A stretch of 64,000 nucleotides of DNA from Haliotis rufescens (Eukaryota), in NCBI RefSeq assembly GCF_023055435.1, contig NW_025963779.1:39122001-39186000 (forward strand), given 5' to 3'. Of the stretch, positions 38,101-47,398 are shown one piece after another. Each line of letters opens with the position of its first letter. Positions within the stretch are counted from its first letter, which is position 1. The notes beneath the pieces are model-generated. The model was not told the origin of the DNA. It made no database searches and saw only the letters and a list, made by a program, of their open reading frames with translations. The translations under genes were made by a program, and so were the position numbers.

Positions 38101-41100
38101 TTTAACAAAAATCTTTCGTCAACTTCTGAAATTTATCATATACACGAGGCAGTACCATAGCTGTAATTTGATTGGCTGCCTTAGGTCACACGCTCAAATT
38201 TGACCGATCCCGAACCTTGTAGCAGATTTCGTCTAGAAAGCGTCATTAGAAACTAGTTTTTATCCAATGAAATCGCTTGTTATAACTATGAAAAAAATCC
38301 AGGTGAAGATACGAACAAATAGATGAAGGAATAAGCTTTCTAGCGATGTTTCATATGCCAGTCTTCGACAAATGTGTTATTCATACGAAGCCTCTAAAAC
38401 GGGGGTATTTCTTCATGTTACTGTGCGGACAGCCGCTGTTATCAGGAAATGGGTGATGACATATACTATTTATAATTCTTTTTAAAATGATTTTCCACTT
38501 ATGTAAAAAATGAAAATAAAACAAAAATAGGCAAGTGGATTTTATGAAATCTTATGTTTTAGTCTGATTTCAGTCGTATTAATGGGTATCTCATACCTCT
38601 AGTCGCACATTACAAGGAAGCCAGAAGCTGGAATGTAATCAATAAACATGTTTCCGTCCTGTTGCGCACGCACCTCCCTATGACATGTCACAAAACTCTC
38701 AGCGCGCCTCTGAGCTGGTCGCTCGAGAAGGACTTTCGCGATAGACTGCTAGTTTGTATTCTACTAGTACTTATCGTGTATCTACAGTTGTTGTTCTAAT
38801 ACAGTAATAATAATATGTCTTACCTGTAGACTCCTGGAATGTAATCCTTGGTAATCCATTGTTTGTGTTCAACATGTGTTTCACTGTTTGACTTGATTAT
38901 ACACGTGGCAACATGTCGGGCTTTTCTGCCTCGTGTCAAAGTATACTGTCCAAAGTAGATCCTCACAAGTATTGTCCTTCCTGCTTAATTAAGGACGGAT
39001 TTTAAACGTGTTCTTGGGATAAACGTTGTAAAGTATGTGATCACTTTAATAAACTTTAATTGGTATATTCGTGTGTTGGCAAAGCGGGCTACTGACCAGC
39101 GCTACAAGCAGAGTAGGTCATCGGGTGGATCCCTGGACTCTGCAGCCTCTACATCTGGCCCTGGGGGTGGCGTGTCGGCCACACCCAAGAAATCGGTTGA
39201 TAACGACCTGCCCCAGTCAACTTATGTTTTCGACAAAACACGTGACCGTTCGCCTGCTGATGATACTACCCGCACAACTGATCTTCGTCAATCGGTTGAT
39301 CGAGAGCGTCACTCCGCCACCCCCGTTATGACGGGACCGGCTCGTGACGAGGACCATGAGGGGACTACGGTCCCCAGTCGGTCCGTCTCTCGTCCTACCA
39401 ACGACGATAGGTCGACAGTGAACACGGATCCCACTCTACAAGTCGTTCCCGCCCCGGGACGACAGGTCGAGTGCCTCGTCGAGAGACAGTAAAACGACAT
39501 GAGGACGTTCGTCACCTTCGAGGTCGTCGGGAGTTCGATTTGGACGATAACAACGATGGGGATCGTAGTACTTCTACAGTTAGGGATCGTTGCCCTCGTC
39601 CCCACAGGGACGTGCGACGCTCTTGAAGGGAGTTTTGGGGAAATCAGCGTCGTAGAGATAATGATCGATCGTCACCCTCGTCTCACTTTCATATCGACCC
39701 GGCTTTGATAGGCCAGATCACGGCGGCGGTACTCGCCTTGACGGCGTCGACCGAGAAGGGTTCGACTACGTCGGAGGTCCATGGACCATCGTCCTGTACA
39801 CCTGTTCCTTCATCTACGCCTACACAATCGACGTCGACGATGGATTGTGACGACAGCTTGGCCATGGCTTGGCTATCTCACTTTTCTGCCTGAGTTATCA
39901 AAAGATGATGACACACCGACGTGTGCTGGCTTTAAGGTTGGAGATACGCCGCAGTCTCTTCAGTCTTCTCCTCCCGATGTCTTCAGAGGCATGGCTCACG
40001 ATATGGACCAGAACTTGCCTCTGCTCTGCCGGGGCAGAGTTTCAGCAAACCACCTGTTCGATCGCTTCACCCGATCTATGGCATGCCGTTTTCGTCACCC
40101 ATGAGTAGGGACTTGGATTGGGGGCTACTCTTCAAGAAACCAGCGCCCTCCAAGATTCTTGTAGTAGACAGGCATTGGGGATCCATGGACACTGCTGTTC
40201 GTCACCAGCTACAACCGCTTGCTATGCTGTCGACAGCGAGCCAGCGGCGGAGGTAGTGAGGTCCCTTCCCCCGCCATCACCGTCTTCGGAGTCTACTACC
40301 TTTAGACGAGCTACCTGTAGGGGGAAGACTTCATCACATGGATCATGAAGACGGTCGTAGAATGGCTCCATCGACAGGCGATCAGGGTCGCCTTCTACCT
40401 AGAGGAGCCGTCTCCTACGGGCGACAGGCTCACTAAAATACCTGAATTGCAGAAAATTCTACGTGCCTTCATGGTTGAAGATGACTCACATTAATTCCGA
40501 CTGCTGGCCTGGGACCTCGATATCGTTCTGCGCTACCTGTCTAGTTCGACTTACGAGCCTCTCGATCAGGTCGCGTTCGACATTGTCTCAGAAAAGCCCA
40601 GTTCGTGCGCTTCATATTTACCTGCAGCGATCTGAACAGCGACGACAACATTTTCGACAGCTGTTCATGCTGCTCTCAACCAATGCAAAGCAAGAGATTA
40701 CACGTAATACTCTCTCCTTTTGGTTGAGAGCGGTCATTCTCAGAGCTTACGAGGCGCAAGGACTCGCACCTCCCACCTCCTCTCATCTGCACGAAGTTCG
40801 AGCCATAGCTTCAACATGAGCACACAGTTTGGTCCACTCGTAGTGGCACAACTGATCTCCGAGAAAAGACAGTGAATTTGTGCTTTATTCACTTTGGACT
40901 TTTTGCTCGACACTTCGTACCCGATAACAGGTTACAATAAAAACTGTTGGTGAATGTACGCATTCTTATGGTTTTTGTTGCATGCAGTTCTTTGGCTGTT
41001 TTATTATGGTTATTCGGTGTATGCATCGTCTTCCCATACTTTATAGTACTGCTCGTATTTTTTAGTTACCTTGTATACTGCGAGTTGCTCTGTAACTAAA

Positions 41101-44056
41101 TTATGCGCCAACCACACTTCGATCGCAATTCAACTGACGAGTGCAGTTGTCTTGTCGCATCGATAATTAGTTGTGTGTCGAAGAGCATTAACCATGCTAT
41201 TTTTTGTTACCTTGGAGACCGCTTCCGTGGTCTTGTGGTAGAGCGTCCGCCCGGAGAGCGGAAGGTCCAGGGTTCGATCCCAGGCCGCGTCATACAAAAA
41301 GACGTTAAAAGATTGTACTTGTTGTTACCCTGTCTGGCGCTCGGCATTAAGGGGCTAAAACAAGGACTGGTCGGCTCGGAGTCAGTATACTGTGTCTGAG
41401 TGGGGTATTCATGTTAAACTGCGGCATGGTATCTCAGTGAGCTAGCACTATAAATCGGCATCAGTCAGGACTAGTACAAGCAGCCACACACAGACATACA
41501 CGTGCATGCACGTCGCTATATAAGTGCAATAATCTTGGACGCGACGTTAAACCCAATTTCACCTCACCGTTACCTTGGATACGACGAGTCGTTCTGTAGC
41601 TACTTTATAAGCCGACCACACTTCGATCGCAATTCAACTGACGTGTGCAGTTGTCCTGTCGCATTGATACTTACTTGTGGGTCGAAGAGCATTAAACATG
41701 CTGTTTAAGTTACCTTGTATACTGCGCGGTGCTCTGTAACTAAACTATCGGTCGACCACACTTCGATTGCAATTCAACTGACGTGTGCAGTTGTCCTGTC
41801 GCATCGATAATTAGTTGTGTGTCTAGGAGCATTAACCATGCTATTTTTAGTTACCTTGGATACGACGAGTCGTTCTGAAACTAAATTATATGCCGTCCAC
41901 CATTCGATCGCGATTCAATTGTCGTGTGCAGTTGTCCTGTCGCATCGATACTTACTTGTGGGTCGAAGAGCATTAAACATGCTGTTTTAGTTACTTTGTA
42001 TACTGCGAATTGCTCTTAACTAAACTATACGTTGACCACTTCGGTCGCAGTTCAACTGACGCGTGCAGTTGTCCTGTCACATCGATACTTAGTTGTGTGC
42101 CGATGAGCATTAACCATGCTGTGCGTTCGTGATAAACAATTTGTCTCGTCTGTGCATCTGGTCGAATGTTCTATTGTCACTACTGGGGTGAGGAACTTGG
42201 TACATTCGACGTGAAAGAGGTCACTTCCTGATTACTTTCCCAAACCTCCTTCCAGTGTTCCGTCGAATTCTACCCATTTGTTCGACTGAAAACAGACTAA
42301 AACATGGGTTTTTCAGATTAAAAACGATGTTTTATTGGTCTGTTTTCAGTCGTACGTTCCCACCCAGCCATTCCCACTGGGAAGTAATCCAGTCCAGTCC
42401 TGCTTGATGGCTTATTCTTCGAGATTTGTGACATGTCATAGGGAGGTGCATGCGCAACCGGACGGAAACAAGTTTATTGTTTACATTCCAGCTTCTGGCT
42501 TCCTTTTATCGTGCGACTAGAGGTATGAGATACCCATTTGTACGACTGAAAACAGACCAATAAAACATCGTTTTTAATCTGAAAAACCCATATTTCCCGA
42601 AAAACGTCAATTTTTCACTTCCTTGGTCCTTAATCTGAACGTTATTAACGTGTTAGCTTACATTTTTTATTTACAACAAACTTAATTTAGTTGTAAAGCA
42701 TTATTAAAATAATGTGTTAAACATAACTTTCATATTTATAAACCATAGGATCAGACCTTTCAAATGGTGTATAACATGTAGTAGCAAAGATATTTAACAA
42801 GCAGATATTTTCCTTGATAAATGTTGGCTTCATCTATCACACAAGAGTCTCTGGGCACTTGGTATCCCAGCAGTAAACACTTCTGGTTGACTGGTGTTGA
42901 AAGAGTCAAATCAGTTAATCCAAACTTACTTATCCAATCACACAGCAAAAAGCACTTTGTATTAGCACTGAGTCGACCACTTCCGTAAAAACAAACAGTG
43001 TTTTCCAACAACAGTTCACTGATTGGTATGCGGGGAAGGTGTCAACAAGCTTGACACGAGTTTGTCTTGACCCAAGCAGTGATAACTCACCGGATGCCCA
43101 TTGTGTAATTCCTATTCTTTGAATGACATTGTTATATACTTTTCACAACTGCTGCTCAATAAACAGTGTTTGTGTTTATATTCAAGTTGGTATTTCCGCT
43201 ATCCAACATGTGCAGTAAGGCCGTCTTATTGTTGATGGTCATTTTGGAGATATAAATGTGAAGTTAATTAATGCAAACAAAGACCACTCACGTTTTTCGC
43301 ATTTAATTCACGCTCGTGTTAGTTTCTAGATTTACAGTATGTGATCTGTCTTGCCAGTCAGTATACAATCTATCTTGCCAGTCAGTAGACCATCTGTCTT
43401 GCCAGTCAGTAGACCATCTGTCTTGCCAGTCAGTAGACCATCTGTCTTGCCAGTCAGTAGACCATCTATCTTGCCAGTCAGTAGACCATCTGTCTTGCCA
43501 GTCAGTAGACCATCTATCTTGCCAGTCTGTAGACCATCTATCTTGCCAGTCAGTAGACCATCTATCTTGCCAGTCAGTAGACCATCTGTCTTGCCAGTCA
43601 GTAGACCATCTATCTTGCCAGTCAGTAGACCATCTATCTTGCCAGTCAGTAGACCATCTGTCTTGCTTCCTTGTCTGAAGAAAATCTGTCTTCCTTGTCA
43701 CTAGGTCATCTGTCTTCCTTTTCTGTTGGCCATCTGCCTTCCTAAACCATCTTTATTACTACTTGCATTTCATGCTGTGATGCTTGCCACTTTAATTTCA
43801 GCTAGAATCTGAACTTCAATGTTATGTGGTTGATGTCTTACTGATTAATTCTATGATGTCTACATGTTTCAAATCACTATTTCAGACTGCAACAGAGGCG
43901 GTCATGGCTGTTGCCAGGGCAACCAGAAATATCACTAATATATTTGATGGTCAAGGCCTAGCAGGTCTTGCAGAACCATTCCCAGTTGTGGAACAGGCTG
44001 GTGAACTCTCTGCACAAGTCATTGATCAAAGTGAACTCACTGCTGCTGCGAGCTAA
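20097..44056 (+). CDS. CAMK4: Calcium/calmodulin-dependent protein kinase type IV-like, 12 coding exons, 1083 nt, 360 aa
   Basis: Exons 20097-20191, 22499-22577, 24046-24108, 27172-27254, 27726-27798, 28369-28407, 28999-29050, 31512-31586, 34972-35047, 36108-36225, 36714-36872, 43886-44056 splice in phase. CaMKIV hallmarks: ELGRGATSFVY, VDKKVVRTEIGILLKLSHPNI, HRDLKPEN, DFGLSK, TVCGTPGYCAPE, PWWDEVSENAK, EFNARRKLK. Confidence 0.93.
20489..20626. other. Assembly gap
   Basis: Run of N. Confidence 1.
21731..22225. mobile_element. MITE with ~66-bp TIRs and apparent 9-bp TSD
   Basis: CAATCTCATTAAAATC...GGACATCCCATTA inverted at 22160-22225; flanks TATAGTTGT / TAAAGTTGT. Confidence 0.8.
22499..22577 (+). 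CDS. CAMK4: CAMK4 exon 2 (RGATSFVYKCEQKGTGIPWAAKVIKKH)
   Basis: ttttccag| ... |gtaagc; Gly loop and catalytic Lys. Confidence 0.93.
22920..23892. repeat. 22-bp minisatellite
   Basis: Unit ATGACACACAATGCTATCCAAC; 44-bp dimers at the 3' end. Confidence 0.96.
24046..24108 (+). CDS. CAMK4: CAMK4 exon 3 (VDKKVVRTEIGILLKLSHPNI)
   Basis: tttcag| ... |gtaagt. Confidence 0.94.
25139..25304 (-). mobile_element. tRNA-derived SINE
   Basis: A box TAGCCCAGTGG, B box GGTTCGATTCC, (CACT)n tail, TSD CTACG(T/A)AAAG; empty site visible in the paralogous copy at ~38285. Confidence 0.9.
25598..26297. mobile_element. Tc2/pogo-like MITE
   Basis: TIRs CCGTATTTTCTTGAGTATAGTG / CACTATACTCAAGAAAATACGG|TA. Confidence 0.8.
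27172..27254 (+). CDS. CAMK4: CAMK4 exon 4 (IRLKEIYETRTDITLVLELVTGGELFD)
   Basis: ttaag| ... |gtaacc. Confidence 0.94.
27262..27643. repeat. 55-bp minisatellite, ~7 copies
   Basis: CTCACCTGATGGGGGCCACCTGTGTAGAGAGACAGGAGT... repeated. Confidence 0.95.
27726..27798 (+). CDS. CAMK4: CAMK4 exon 5 (RIVSRGFYSEKDAAKAVRDMLTAVD)
   Basis: tttcag| ... |gtaagt. Confidence 0.94.
27977..28284. mobile_element. Tourist/Harbinger-like MITE
   Basis: TTA|GGGACTGGTAAT ... ATTACCAGTCCT|TAA. Confidence 0.65.
28369..28407 (+). CDS. CAMK4: CAMK4 exon 6 (YLHENGVVHRDLK)
   Basis: tttcag| ... |gtatgt; catalytic loop. Confidence 0.94.
28510..28718 (-). mobile_element. SINE body (second family)
   Basis: Reverse complement of 57620-57770; partial copies also at ~19540-19640, ~46640-46680, ~53425-53540, ~56450-56485. 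Confidence 0.75.
28999..29050 (+). CDS. CAMK4: CAMK4 exon 7 (PENMLYENLAPESKLKI), GC donor
   Basis: tttcag| ... AG|gcaagt; phase matches exon 8. Confidence 0.9.
29070..29930. repeat. 46-bp minisatellite
   Basis: AATACATTAATAAACATGTGCAGAGCATGGGTGCAATAGGTTGTTA repeated. Confidence 0.96.
30283..31293 (+). mobile_element. Miniature DIRS1-like (tyrosine recombinase) retroelement remnant
   Basis: ~130-bp inverted terminal repeats (30301-30430 / 31141-31271); internal complement of the right end at ~31075-31105; YR fragments PPAWDLNVVL and FLLALETAARVSELHAL. Confidence 0.8.
31512..31586 (+). CDS. CAMK4: CAMK4 exon 8 (ADFGLSKIIGPEVTMTTVCGTPGYC)
   Basis: ttgcag| ... |gtaaga; DFG and activation loop. 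Confidence 0.95.
31606..34913. repeat. 25-29-bp minisatellite filling CAMK4 intron 8
   Basis: ACTGTCACT(GT/CT)ACCAACACACAGA(C/T) variants; 927-bp higher-order duplication. Confidence 0.98.
34972..35047 (+). CDS. CAMK4: CAMK4 exon 9 (APEVLLGRKYTQAIDMWSVGVITYI)
   Basis: ttccag| ... |gtaagt. Confidence 0.95.
36108..36225 (+). CDS. CAMK4: CAMK4 exon 10 (LLCGYEPFSADTDRQMYKRIIKADYKFDCPWWDEVSENAK)
   Basis: catcag| ... |gtaaac. Confidence 0.94.
36714..36872 (+). CDS. CAMK4: CAMK4 exon 11 (DLVRKMLHLDPKKR...IKEFNARRKLK)
   Basis: ttgtag| ... |gtacac; autoinhibitory/CaM-binding start. Confidence 0.94.
37000..37680. repeat. 24-bp minisatellite
   Basis: CTATCTACCTAGTCAGTAGACCCT. Confidence 0.96.
41062..42125. 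repeat. ~141-bp tandem repeat, 5 units (ABABA), inside the DIRS 3' region
   Basis: Units start TAGTTACCTTG(TATACTGCG/GATACGACG). Confidence 0.88.
41217..41568 (+). mobile_element. Full-length tRNA-derived SINE (resembles mollusc Meta/RUDI-type)
   Basis: A/B boxes (TGGTCTTGTGG, GGTTCGATCCC); exact 11-bp TSD GTTACCTTGGA at 41206-41216 and 41569-41579. Confidence 0.9.
43340..43670. repeat. 24-bp minisatellite
   Basis: CT(A/G)TCTTGCCAGTCAGTAGACCAT. Confidence 0.96.
43886..44056 (+). CDS. CAMK4: CAMK4 last coding exon (TATEAVMAVARATRN...TAAAS*)
   Basis: tttcag| acceptor; aligns to the CaMKIV AAVKAVVASSR helix; AATAAA cluster at ~44648-44698 downstream. Confidence 0.82.
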   Translation, partial: TATEAVMAVARATRNITNIFDGQGLAGLAEPFPVVEQAGELSAQVIDQSELTAAAS

Positions 44057-44952
44057 ATCCCTGCTGATTGGTAATCAACTGACTAATCACAAGACAGTGA
44101 CATTGATTGGCTATTAACTGACCAGTCACAAGACAGTACCTGTATGGATTTTTATCTTCAATTTTTCTTTGACCGATGAACATTGAGTATCTGTGATATT
44201 GTGAAAATGATCTTAGATGATGAAATGGTGACTTGCAACCCATGGTATTGAAGGATATCTTGGAAAGACATACTGATCTTCATTGCACCTGATGGCTACT
44301 GAGAAGCTCCCAGTGATGGAGTATCTGATGTTGGACTGTTTGTTACTATTGTTTTACATTTATAAGGTGTTTCATTTTGTGAAAGAGATCTTTCAGAAGT
44401 CAATGCCAGTATATTCTGCTCTGTTGATTTGTCATGGTGATTTGTATCTTAGGATTCTTTCCAGGTATATTAATTTAAGAAATCATGCGCAGGTGTATTT
44501 AAATATTACTTACTAGTGTTGAGAACCATGTATGTTTTCGCCTATCTTTAATATGTACTGGTCTTCCAATGCAGTATGTGATGCATATTCTATTATCAAT
44601 TGCTGAAGAAGTACTTGTGCGATACAATATTATCTTTATAGTCAAGAAATAAACAACGAGGTGTTTATCATACAATAAAACACTGCAGGGAGAATAAACC
44701 ATGACCACAGACCTAATAGGCTTATTGTCCCTACTGTGTTTTATTTTACGATAAGCAAACAAACATGAGTTGTGTATTTCTTTAATGATATTTCAACATT
44801 ATGTCCATTTTACAAACAGTTGAGTAAACTTTGGTATTTCCCGCATATTCTCACAATCCTCACGTCTATTATCTGTACCTTTTCTCCCAATACCGATCGT
44901 CATATCTCTTCCACTTTTGGATGCGATCGTTCTGCCACTGTGTTTATCTGCG

Positions 44953-46039
44953 TACCTTGTAGCTGGCTGCTTGATGTGTCACCTACCACAGGGCTACCTT
45001 GTCTGATGACCTTGTAGCTGGCTGCTTGATGTAAGTTTCACCTACCACAGGGCTACCTTGTAGCTGGCTGCTTGATGTGTCACCTACCACAGGGCTACCT
45101 TATAGCTGGCTGCTTGATGTGTCACCTACCACAGGGCTACCTTGTAGCTGGCTGCTTGATGTGTCACCTACCACAGGGCTACCTTGTAGCTGGCTGCTTG
45201 ATGTAAGTGTCACCTACCACAGGGCTACCTTGTAGCTGGCTGCTTGATGTGTCACCTACCACAGGGCTACCTTATAGCTGGCTGCTTGATGTAAGTTTCA
45301 CCTACCACAGGGCTACCTTGTAGCTGGCTGCTTGATGTGTCACCTACCACAGGGCTACCTTATAGCTGGCTGCTTGATGTGTCACCTACCACAGGGCTAC
45401 CTTGTAGCTGGCTGCTTGATGTAAGTTTCACCTACCACAGGGCTTCCTTGTAGCTGGCTGCTTGATGTGTCACCTACCACAGGGCTACCTTGTCTGATGA
45501 CCTTGTCGCTGGCTGCTTGATGTAAGTTTCACCTACCACAGGGCTACCTTATAGCTGGCTGCTTGATGTAAGTTTCACCTACCACAGGGCTACCTTGTAG
45601 CTGGCTGCTTGATGTGTCACCTACCACAGGGCTACCTTGTAGCTGGCTGCTTGATGTGTCACCTACCACAGGGCTACCTTGTAGCTGGCTGCTTGATGTA
45701 AGTGTCACCTACCACAGGGCTACCTTGTAGCTGGCTGCTTGATGTGTCACCTACCACAGGGCTACCTTATAGCTGGCTGCTTGATGTAAGTTTCACCTAC
45801 CACAGGGCTACCTTGTAGCTGGCTGCTTGATGTGTCACCTACCACAGGGCTACCTTGTAGCTGGCTGCTTGATGTGTCACCTACCACAGGGCTACCTTGT
45901 AGCTGGCTGCTTGATGTAAGTGTCACCTACCACAGGGCTACCTTGTAGCTGGCTGCTTGATGTGTCACCTACCACAGGGCTACCTTATAGCTGGCTGCTT
46001 GATGTAAGTTTCACCTACCACAGGGCTACCTTGTAGCTG
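44953..46039. repeat. 42/46-bp satellite, left part
   Basis: GTAGCTGGCTGCTTGATGT(AAGT)GTCACCTACCACAGGGCTACCTT. Confidence 0.97.
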
Positions 46040-47343
46040 CCCAGCTAACACACTACGTTTTCACAACGTTGTGGTAAAGTTGTGAATTGGTAACGTAGTG
46101 ATACAACATTGTCACAACGTTATTATTACGTCACTGTGCAACGTCGTTTCACAACGTAATAACAACGTTGCATTTTTACGTTGTGAAAACGTTGTTCATC
46201 GAATATTTCCCAACGTCTTGTTACATCGTTTCTGAAACGTTGGTGCGACGTCAACTGTCGCCTTAACAAAAATTGTATGAACAAAAGTTTTACATACAAA
46301 TCGACACAATTTCTGCCAAAAACAAGGCAGTAATTCATTATTTACCTATATCTTCGGAATCAGGATTTCCATCTCGTGAATAAACTAAAGTCTGTGTAAA
46401 CACCTTATTATCACGTCACTCCAACGTTATGTGACAACGTAATCACAACGTAGCAAAATTACGTTGTGGAAACGTTGTGCATCGGGCGCCATGCAACGTT
46501 ATGATGACAACGTTTCTCATACGTTGGTGCGACGTCAAATAGTCTTCATCGCGAAAAGCGTAAAAACAAAGGTGTTTACTCGAAATAAACTACATTTTGG
46601 CAGAAAATTACAATAATGTTAGATTTGGTTTTCACTTTTCAGCAACCCGTGCTTGTCGTAAGAGGCGATTAAACAACAAACAATGACAATAACATTTTCG
46701 CCATACATGCATGATTCGCACTTCCATCGTTGTTGAAAGGTTGTGGATTGGTAACGTCGTGATATAACGTTGTAACAACGTTATTTTAACGTCGACCTGC
46801 AACGTTATTTCACAACGTAATAACAACGTTGCACATTCACGTTGTGAAAACGTTGTGCATTGGACATCACACAACGTTTTGTAACTACGTTTCTGAAACG
46901 TCGGTGAAACGTTATTGAGTTTGCTTCTCGATAGAATAGAATAGAAGGAATAGACCTGCTTTATCAAAATCAACATGAATTTGTCAGAAAACCAAGTTAG
47001 TAATGCATTACCTTTCTATATATTCGGCATTTGAATTTTCATCTCTTGATACTAATATTTCGAGAACGTAATTGCGTATATCTGTGACAACGTTACAACA
47101 ACGTTGCAAATTAACGTTGTGATAACGTTGTGCTTTGGACATTACAGTACTTTTTGTAAATGATGTTTAGGAAACCACTTGTAGATCTACCATCTCTTAG
47201 TGTTATTTTTTTTTAAACATATATATCTATTAATTATACGAACTAAATGTTGTCACAAGCAATATTACAGTTAAAAACAATTGGCGCGTATTTTTGCGGC
47301 GTGAGAGCGACTGCAGAAAAGTTTAGGCTGTTGCCTCGTGAAG

Positions 47344-47398
47344 TGACGTCAGAATGACGTCACATTGTCGCGGAAGATTTGTTGTCACCAGCCATCTT
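47344..47398 (+). promoter_or_regulatory. Putative Pol II promoter within the EnSpm-like element
   Basis: TGACGTCA x2 (47344-47351, 47355-47362), CGGAAG (47371), GCCATCTT (47391). Confidence 0.6.

Larger units (their letters stand above)
38556..42591 (+). mobile_element. DIRS1-like retroelement, internally deleted
   Basis: ITRs ~38556-38700 and ~42421-42557 plus right extension; ICR 42271-42355 complementary to both termini; gag Cys/His motif DPHKYCPSCL (~38960); YR fragments PAWDLDIVLRYL and PVRAL...HEVRAIAST; no TSD. Confidence 0.9.
37680..42906. mobile_element. Second, left-truncated copy of the piggyBac-like family, interrupted by a DIRS element
   Basis: 37680-38555 and 42592-42906 align to 24705-25590 and 26300-26575; right TIR GGTGTTGAAAGAG. 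Confidence 0.82.

Noticed and set aside
39037-40348. Cluster of GC-rich ORFs as a host gene
   Set aside because: Lie within the DIRS ITRs; broken low-complexity gag remains
41130-41170. Hammerhead-like CTGACGA...GATA in the 141-bp repeat; also CTGATGA...GAAA at ~52992
   Set aside because: GAAA core or stem II missing; other repeat units read CTGACGTG
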